Positions 25,891 to 33,578 of a stretch of DNA of 33,578 nt are shown here, piece after piece. Made by a program: the position numbers and the translations under genes. Origin of the DNA: Trichinella spiralis (taxonomy: Eukaryota). The notes beneath the pieces were generated by a model that worked only from the letters and a program-made list of their open reading frames with translations, did not search any database and was not told where the DNA came from. Each line of letters starts with the position of its first letter. Within the stretch, counting starts at the first letter, position 1. The stretch covers positions 1,057,326 to 1,090,903 of the forward strand of contig NW_003526945.1 of NCBI RefSeq assembly GCF_000181795.1, written 5' to 3'.

Positions 25891-25941
25891 GGGAAAGGTG
25901 GAGGGGGAGGGGTAGAAGGGAGAGGGGGAGGGGGAGGGGGG
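25891..25941 (+). other. G-tract cluster / potential G-quadruplex
   Basis: gggaaaggtggagggggaggggtagaagggagagggggagggggagggggg: seven runs of three or more G in 51 nt. Confidence 0.7.
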
Positions 25942-26406
25942 AAAATGTTGCTGTTGCTATCTTTGCTCAAGATGGAAAATGCTAATGTGACATTTTTGCA
26001 AACGCTTGTCCAAATGCTTCAACTGTACTGTTAAATATGAATTATCAGTAGCAGGTTTAGGGAAAAAAAACGTTATTGAAAAAAATGCAAAACTGGAAAA
26101 AGCAACAAAACGATTTGTTGTTGTGGTTGTTGCAGCAGTTTTGTTCAGAAATCACGCAAGTGCGAGCATTAGGAAATGCAAATTCGACAAATTTGTTCAA
26201 ATGGAATAATAAATGAACTTTTGACGTCATTTGTGTTTGTTTGTTCTTTCTGTATTCTGGTTTAGCAAAAGATAAATTGCTTCTGCAAAATGTGACCAAT
26301 TATCTTAACGTGCTAGTTATTTTCCGTTGCATTCATCAATCGTCTTTCAAAGCATTCATCATTTGATCACCGTTTCTGAACCCCTGCAGCATTTTTGGCT
26401 GTTCAC

Positions 26407-26442
26407 TATAAATATCAGCGAAACGACTAGTCCGATCATTTG
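26407..26442 (+). promoter_or_regulatory. Candidate globin core promoter (TATA box plus Inr-like element)
   Basis: TATAAATA at 26407-26414, then TCATT with its A at 26438, 31 nt after the TATA start and ~100 nt before the ATG. Confidence 0.55.
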
Positions 26443-26534
26443 CAGTGAATTCGTTCGCAGCCGTCTCTTCGTGTCGACGCTTTCAAAGCTTTCCCTTCTG
26501 ACAACAACAACAACAACCAAAAGCAAAGAACAGT

Positions 26535-27342
26535 ATGAGCATTCTGAAACAGCATTTGAATAAAGTGCCTCCAAATGCCACCAACGGAGGCCTCTTCTAC
26601 AAAAAGTACAATTTCCAATAATTCAATTGTCCGAATGCTGAACTGAATTCAATCATTCTTTCAAGCATTTGCTTTTTTATTTCCATTTACACTGATCTTT
26701 ATTTTCAGCTTTTTCATGAATGTCCCACCGTCTTATACGAAATTTTTTGGATATGATCATATCAATCCTTCTGAAGTTCCAAGTAATCCAAAATTTCAAA
26801 AACTCGGAGAAGATTTTCTCAAGCAAATGAATCTGTTCGTCGATAAAATTGGCAAAGAAGAAGATCTGAAAAATGAAGTTAAAAAATTGGTCGTCGGACA
26901 CAAAGCTTTCAAAGTTGGAGTCAACGAATTTAAAGTAAAATTGACATCAACAACACTGCAAAGTCTAATAATTTTATTTTCTGTTTTTTTTATTGTTTAA
27001 TGTTAATGATTTTTAAAAGAAAAGAAAAAATCCCTCCTCATATCCTAATTTATTCAATTTGCAAGTTGCAATTTGAAAATAAGCAACAGCACATCGCACT
27101 AGCATTAATTGCATTATTTCTTCAAATTGATGATTTTAATTTTGAAAAAGCTCATTACTTGACAATTGCAGTGACAAGTGTTTGAACTATATATATATAT
27201 ATATATATATATGCTGCGTGTTTAGAACGCTGGTCCAGCATTTATGAAGTTCATGGAAGCTGAAGCTGGCATGTCAGCTGAGCAGAAGAAAGCTTGGGAA
27301 GATTTTTTCACAAAATTTATCGAATTGGCTTCACTGTTTTGA
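26535..27342 (+). CDS. Single-domain intracellular nematode globin (myoglobin-like), ~137 aa, 3 exons: 26535-26605, 26709-26934, 27226-27342
   Basis: MSILKQHLNKVPPNATNGGLFYKNFFMNVPPSYTKFFGYDHINPSEVPSNPKFQKLGEDFLKQMNLFVDKIGKEEDLKNEVKKLVVGHKAFKVGVNEFKNAGPAFMKFMEAEAGMSAEQKKAWEDFFTKFIELASLF*. It has B10 Tyr, CD1 Phe, F8 His and an H-helix 'AW', no signal peptide, and introns in phases 2 and 0. Confidence 0.92.
27188..27212. repeat. (TA)n microsatellite just upstream of the globin exon 3 acceptor
   Basis: About 12 TA units ending 13 nt before the exon start at 27226. Confidence 0.9.
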
Positions 27343-30300
27343 CGATAATCTAGTTCCAAATGGTCTGTCCGTAGTATTAATTATTCAGCATAATCAACGC
27401 GTACGCAGTTACAGTTATTGTGGATTTAGCATTCTGCAATTCTTTTATTATTCTGTAAAAATATCAAAATGGAACCAAAAAAAAGAAAAAGAAGAATCTA
27501 ACAAACATTTCTAGGTTGTGGAAGATTTAAATTTTTCATTTTTAGTTGGAAATGTAGTTTGGTTTAAAAATACAAATAAAATGTGTCCTTGCAGTTCAAT
27601 ATTTATGTTCTTGTTGCAGTGCAAATGCGCAAACGTTGTACAAATAAAACGTAAAATTGCAGATTACGATTTTGGCGTTTATTGCATTTTTATTTGTACA
27701 TTTTTGCAAACAATTGAAAAGCTGTTATCTGAAGCTTTCATCTTTTACATGCATTTCTTCTATATTTCCACTCTTGTTGTGTATGTTTTGATTATTCAGA
27801 TGAATAAAGCTGCTTTTGATTGTATCAAAAAACAAAAATACCTTCGTTTAATTGTAACATTTATTAATAGTAATAATAATAATAAGCATCACTGGAGTGA
27901 TGTTGCTTAGCTTCTATGTTATACAAATTTACAGTTTTCTTTTTTGATGTTAATCTGAATTTTGGATTGATGTTTCATTGGAAAAATTAAATAAAATCAT
28001 TAAATAGGTGAAATCAATTCAATTTTACATCCAACACATGTGAGCGATGAGAATTTGAAGTGAACCAAATGCTTGCATTTATTTTCGTCACAATGCAAGC
28101 AACATTGATAGATGTATACTAATTTTAGCATGGACGGATGGAAGAATAAAAAAAATATTTTTCTTGTTACTGTAGTTCACATAATCTCAGAAGCATGTTG
28201 TCTTGAATGATTGAAATATTCGATCACTTGCAGATGATTTATTGAGAAAAATTTATTTGACACTTTGAAACTACACCAGGAACAAAAGTGAAACTTCTTC
28301 ATTTTCCAAAAAATGCGTTTAAAATTTCCTAAATTCAATTGAGCAATGAAATTATCATTCAAGCGTTACAAAGCAGCATCAGAATTAAGTAACGTTGATT
28401 TAGCTAAAGAAACAATAAAATAATCATTTATGTAAAAAAAATAACACATTTTCCATTCAAATTATTTCATCCATTTCAAATAATTTTCGAAATATTACTT
28501 AAATGAGAAATGAAAATGTTTCATTCTCGTTGAATCAAAATTTTTCTAGCCGAATTTGTTATTTACTCAAACGAGATTATTTCTTATCTGTGCAATAAAT
28601 ACAAACACTAAGCCGTTCCATGCAAATTAATTATTAATATGACGACATCTGTCATGCAAACGCATCAGAAATTGCGCACAGTAAAATGCAAAATTTTCAA
28701 AACCTGCTGAAGCTAATAATAGCTGATATAACATTGTAATTGTTTGCAATAGGCAAACCTACAGTTCATTACATAGCCTACTGACTATTATAAATACCGA
28801 TGCTTTGTTATTTTGAATGTCATGTGGAAAACGTTTGGTACGTGAAAATTGCTACAAGTAAACATGACAGTATTACTTAATCATACGCATCATACAATTG
28901 TACTTTGAAACAGCAATATTAGACAAATTAAAAAGTATCCAAATAAAGCTAAAATGCACTGTAGCCGTTCAGTATATATTATTTTTAATGAAAAATGCAA
29001 TTTACATTCTCTCTTCTACTACACTCTAGTGATGGAAATCAATTTCCAATCACTTATCAAATAAGTCAGATTCACTTTGCACGTTCGGTCAATACGTATA
29101 TCACAGCGTAGACATTATACAAATATTCAGTGAAATTTGTTCACCAGCGCAGTGTAATATGTTTTATGTAATTTTGAAATTATCCAAAATAATTCAAGTG
29201 TTAATGGGCTATCGGTTATGTGTTAAAGTTTTGGGTGTTTTGTAGAATGTATTATTTTGGGTGGTAACGAAATAGATTATTCATTTAATTTATTTAATAT
29301 TTATTGGCAGTAAATTAGATCGAGTTCTTATGGACCACATTTCGTGTGGAACTGTCTTGAATCAACCAAGTCAACAAAAATGCACACTGCAATTTTTAAT
29401 TTCATTTGATTAGGATAATTTCCAAATATTTTGTTTATTACTTTTTCTATATTTATGAAACCTTTATGTCATCTTTAGTACTGTAAAATTTTTTCATTAT
29501 GTTGATATTTATTTTTTTTTCATCGTTCATTTTTTTAGAATTTGATTTTTTCTTATATTTATTTCCGGTTGTGTTGTTTTACATTTTTCTTCAAATATGT
29601 ATCAATCTAGTTTATTTCCTTTGCAGAGAAAATCTTCAGATATGGAATAAAAATTTGCATGTTAATGACTAATGCCTACGACTGGTGAAAAAGCATTTAT
29701 TGATCTCAATTATATATTATATATATATATATATATAACTTCATTTAATTTGCTTCAGTTAGGCAACCCAATGGTAACTAGAAGACGGAAATAATATGAT
29801 CGTTATTATTGTAAAGTTGCATATCATGAATTACTGTTGCTAATAGTTGTGAAAATTACAGTCAACGTAATGAAAAGTAGGCGAAGCAGTTGTTTACCAC
29901 GAATTTCATGCAAATTTTTATTCAAGTGCTATTTCATTTGCTTGCCTGGGGTTAGTTGCTATAGCTGTTGTCGTACGGTGTGCGGTGATTGAACAATGTG
30001 ATATTTTCCAAGAGACGACATCCACAAGGCAAATTTGATTTTTTGTTTACTTTATTTTTATTTCTGTAAAGAGTTTCATCATAATTGAGAACACTAAAAA
30101 AGAAAGATGGCTTTCAACGTGGAGAAGATTGCAATTTAAATAAGTTGCATTATACGTAAGTTATTTGGAAATTCTCTAAAAATAAGACAAATGATAGATG
30201 CTGAGTCTATGAGATTCAGTAACCTAACGGTGATAATAAGAAATAGGTTCTATAAAAATTCAAGTCTAAATTAGCAGATGCATTTGTCGAAATCACTTCA

Positions 30301-30751
30301 AAATTTTCAAGCATTATAATAGTTCTTTATAATTGTAGAAAATAAAAGAAAGAACTGTAGAACTTGAGATTATGGCAATTCTAATTGAAATATCTCAAAA
30401 TTCATCTTCGAGATCATGTTGAAGTGATTTTCAGAAAAAAAAGTAATTTAGCGTTGCGTTTTAATGCAGTTTGACTATGTCGAATAACGTTAACTGATCG
30501 ATATTAATCTAATGCGCTTTTCTGTAAGCAGTCTTATCACTAGCAATGCTTTTTGCTTATTTGACTAACGTGAACAGCAAAAGCGTTGCATAACGTTCAT
30601 TTGCTGATTTTCATTTGAACCAACTGTGAGATTATTCCAAGAATTTTCAAATAGTTGTTTTCTTATTGGTAGAAATTAGCAGTGCATTTCTTCTGCTCAT
30701 ATTATGACTTAGGTTAGACTTTCTCTTCAGCCAAAAGTTCTAACGCACTAA

Positions 30752-32207
30752 AAACCGGTTTCTAACGCTGCATTATGCAAATAACTATCGCTATAACGCG
30801 CCTTATCATCAGTAAGGGTGCGTTTGTTTGTTTAATTTACGTGCCAATTAGTAGCATCGTTGAACGTTCTCTGAGTTCATTATAGCGTTAAGTAGCTGCT
30901 GAAGTCGGTTTCAGAATTACTGACAAGTATTTCATTTTTCTGCTTTTTATTTTTTATAAATTTTGTATACTCATCATGTAAACAATTATTTTTTAATTAG
31001 TAAACTTAATTATTATATTTGTTATAATTCTACTTTGCGATAAAGTGAGGATAGTTTTGATTTAATATTATTATTACAGGTTCAAAGAATGGAGCAAAGA
31101 AAATGTGAAAACACGGACGACACGAAACAGAACAAGAGAAGGCAATAGGTAAATGCCATTTCTTGTGGATCTGTGAAGCAGGGATAAGCATACTTCGGAA
31201 GGGTGAAGTTATTCCTTAGTTTAATGAAATTACCCAAGTTTGTAGTATGTAATATATAAGTAAGATACTTTCACTGTAAAACTGTAATTTTTGTTTTTCA
31301 TATTCTGCTAAGATTAGGTACGACTTCATCTTTAGAGCAGCATCAGAGACATTTGGTAAATAACATTTTTTTGTTTGATTAACTTTGTTTGTCAGCCTAC
31401 GCAGCCAGTATGCTTATAATTCAGTGAAAAGATTTTGCGATTAGTTCCATTTATGTAGGTCGTTTTTGAATTTTCAAATGTGAAATTCAGACAAGCGGAG
31501 GCGTGTTTTGACGTAATCAATTTTTGTTTGTTATAGCGTTCTATCGGATAGTTTATATTCTGACTGAATTTTAAATGTCAAGGTCATTTCTGAATTTTTA
31601 AGTAGTCCTCAATCGTTGACTTTAGCTGTGCATTTCAACTCTTTTTTCAAGTAAATTGAAATGAGTTTCATCAAATGCTATTCATTCGCTAGATAAGCGG
31701 TTCGCTGTGCTTGAGATTTCACGTTTCCTAATTTCATAGCGTTCGATTAGAATTAATTCCTCGTCCAGAAAATTTTCCAATCAACTCAAACCGGTTTCTA
31801 TCGCTACAGTATGCAAATGAGGATCGCTTGAAAATTGCCTTATCATCAATCAGTAATGGTGCGCTTGTTTGTTTTACCTGCGTTGCAAGTAACAGCATTC
31901 TCAAACGTCAAACGTTCGCGTTAAGTAACTACTGAAGTCGGTTTTTAAATGTTGAAAGTATTTAAAGTTTTCTCGTTGTTACTTTTTTTTCCGAAACTCT
32001 CTATATATAATCATTTTGTTAAGGTTATCTTTAATTGAAAATCAGTTACTTCTTTTATTTCAAAATTCTTTGTTCAATTTTTTAATTCCACTGTGTAATA
32101 AAGTGCGAAAAATTTTGATTTAACATTTACCATTCTTACAGATATGATCAATGAAGAAAAGAAGAAGTGAAAACGCGGACGGATCGACGCAAATCGTGGA
32201 GGGAACA
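30752..32207 (+). repeat. Diverged tandem duplication, period ~1036-1062 bp (copy A ~30752-31148; copy B ~31788-32207, running into the gap)
   Basis: Shared collinear blocks aaaccggtttcta, atgcaaat, atcgct, gccttatcatc, agtaa.ggtgcg.ttgtttgttt, gcgttaagta.ct.ctgaagtcggttt, then a ttacAG acceptor and gtgaaaac.cggacg. Confidence 0.85.
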
Positions 32208-32816
32208 NNNNNNNNNNNNNNNNNNNNNNNNNNNNNNNNNNNNNNNNNNNNNNNNNNNNNNNNNNNNNNNNNNNNNNNNNNNNNNNNNNNNNNNNNNNNN
32301 NNNNNNNNNNNNNNNNNNNNNNNNNNNNNNNNNNNNNNNNNNNNNNNNNNNNNNNNNNNNNNNNNNNNNNNNNNNNNNNNNNNNNNNNNNNNNNNNNNNN
32401 NNNNNNNNNNNNNNNNNNNNNNNNNNNNNNNNNNNNNNNNNNNNNNNNNNNNNNNNNNNNNNNNNNNNNNNNNNNNNNNNNNNNNNNNNNNNNNNNNNNN
32501 NNNNNNNNNNNNNNNNNNNNNNNNNNNNNNNNNNNNNNNNNNNNNNNNNNNNNNNNNNNNNNNNNNNNNNNNNNNNNNNNNNNNNNNNNNNNNNNNNNNN
32601 NNNNNNNNNNNNNNNNNNNNNNNNNNNNNNNNNNNNNNNNNNNNNNNNNNNNNNNNNNNNNNNNNNNNNNNNNNNNNNNNNNNNNNNNNNNNNNNNNNNN
32701 NNNNNNNNNNNNNNNNNNNNNNNNNNNNNNNNNNNNNNNNNNNNNNNNNNNNNNNNNNNNNNNNNNNNNNNNNNNNNNNNNNNNNNNNNNNNNNNNNNNN
32801 NNNNNNNNNNNNNNNN
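32208..32816. other. Assembly gap (609 N)
   Basis: Run of N. Confidence 1.
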
Positions 32817-32875
32817 GCAGCAAAATTTATGTATGCAAGTGCTTTCATGTGTCGAGATAATGTTTGATATTCGTT

Positions 32876-33125
32876 CATTTTGCAATTTTTGTTTTTCTTT
32901 TTTTGCATAGTTTAATTTTGTACCATCTACTAAGCAAATTCTTTTTATTTTATTTTTATTTTTCAATTTTTTCATTCATACTTTATTTTATACATTTTAT
33001 TCATTTTTTAATTTCAATTATTATTTCTTTTTATTTGATTTTCACTTTTTTTCTTCTTATATTGTACATTTGCATGTTTTTTTCAATTTATTTCTCCAAA
33101 TATTTTTTCTCTGATTCTTCTATTT
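32876..33125. repeat. T-rich low-complexity tract
   Basis: Mostly T-runs interspersed with A/C, with very few G. Confidence 0.75.
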
Positions 33126-33287
33126 TGAGTTTGACTTTGTAAAACCTGTGACACATGAAAAGCATTGCATACAAATAAGTAAACACGTAACAAACCATGG
33201 AAAACTAATGCACATGGAGAAGAAAGAGGACAAGTGGAGAAAGCCAAGATCGGTGAAAGGTTGTGGATAGCTTGGATCGAATCCTTT

Positions 33288-33338
33288 GTTGGTCAATTGC
33301 GTTTGTTGGTCAATTGCGTTCGTTGGTCAATTGCGTTC
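33288..33338. repeat. 17-bp minisatellite, three copies (gttggtcaattgcgttY) plus a partial degenerate fourth
   Basis: Units at 33288-33304, 33305-33321 and 33322-33338, followed by attgctcaa. Confidence 0.9.
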
Positions 33339-33578
33339 ATTGCTCAAGTGAGGAAAGTATTGGCACATTGGAGAAGATGCTATTTGGCGATGTCCAGTGT
33401 GGAAAGCTTCTTCATTACCCACACAATATCAATGCACCTTACACAGACGTAACAAATGACCCAAGACTGCCTTATTTCCCTAACGATGATGCTCCTGTAA
33501 AGATTATCCAAAAACCGGACATACTCGTGTGTGCCATTACTAGTTGACCAGCCCCGCCTATATGTAAATTAGTTTATA

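Noticed and set aside
25770..25970. Poly-proline ORF on the minus strand
   Set aside because: Translation of the G-tract; no gene structure.
29098..29120. tatcacagc, matching the miR-2 family 5' end
   Set aside because: Similarity is limited to 9 nt and there is no convincing complementary arm for a pre-miRNA.
31174..31230. SECIS-like GUGA...AA...UGA arrangement
   Set aside because: The helix between the core and the AA is too short, and there is no upstream selenoprotein ORF.
32074..32975. Five long ORFs of 238-275 aa
   Set aside because: Artefacts of translating through the 609-N gap.
33288..33338. Direct repeats as a possible CRISPR array
   Set aside because: The 17-bp units are head-to-tail with no spacers, there are no cas genes, and the context is eukaryotic.
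33340..33547. + frame SSEESIGTLEK...CAITS and a minus-strand IIFTGASSLGK resembling a Walker A motif
   Set aside because: No family recognised. The Walker-like string is followed immediately by a stop and lacks the S/T residue. It lies at the window edge.

Overview
AT-rich eukaryotic genomic DNA with short GT-AG introns and two assembly gaps (1431-1440, 32208-32816). Intron sizes, composition and the globin type suggest a nematode, probably clade I (Trichinella-like); this is inference. I assembled five protein-coding genes by hand, most of them missed or fragmented by the ORF track: (1) monofunctional peptidylglycine alpha-hydroxylating monooxygenase PHM (+, 4047-6665, 12 exons); (2) TSC22/bunched-family leucine-zipper protein (-, 7485-8507); (3) LSm1 (-, 14772-15845, 4 exons); (4) WD40-containing katanin p80 (+, 16606-22162, 14 exons); (5) single-domain nematode globin (+, 26535-27342, 3 exons). 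Non-coding structure includes a repeat-rich first contig with a perfect 30-bp inverted repeat and ~107-bp degenerate repeats, a G-tract cluster upstream of the globin, a diverged ~1.04-kb tandem duplication that keeps a motif cassette and an aligned small-ORF exon, a 17-bp minisatellite and many microsatellites. No prokaryote-type system (CRISPR, rRNA, tRNA, intact mobile element) is supported. The most novel-looking items are the array of candidate CCT-docking motifs in the TSC22 protein and the duplicated cassette at 30.7-32.2 kb.
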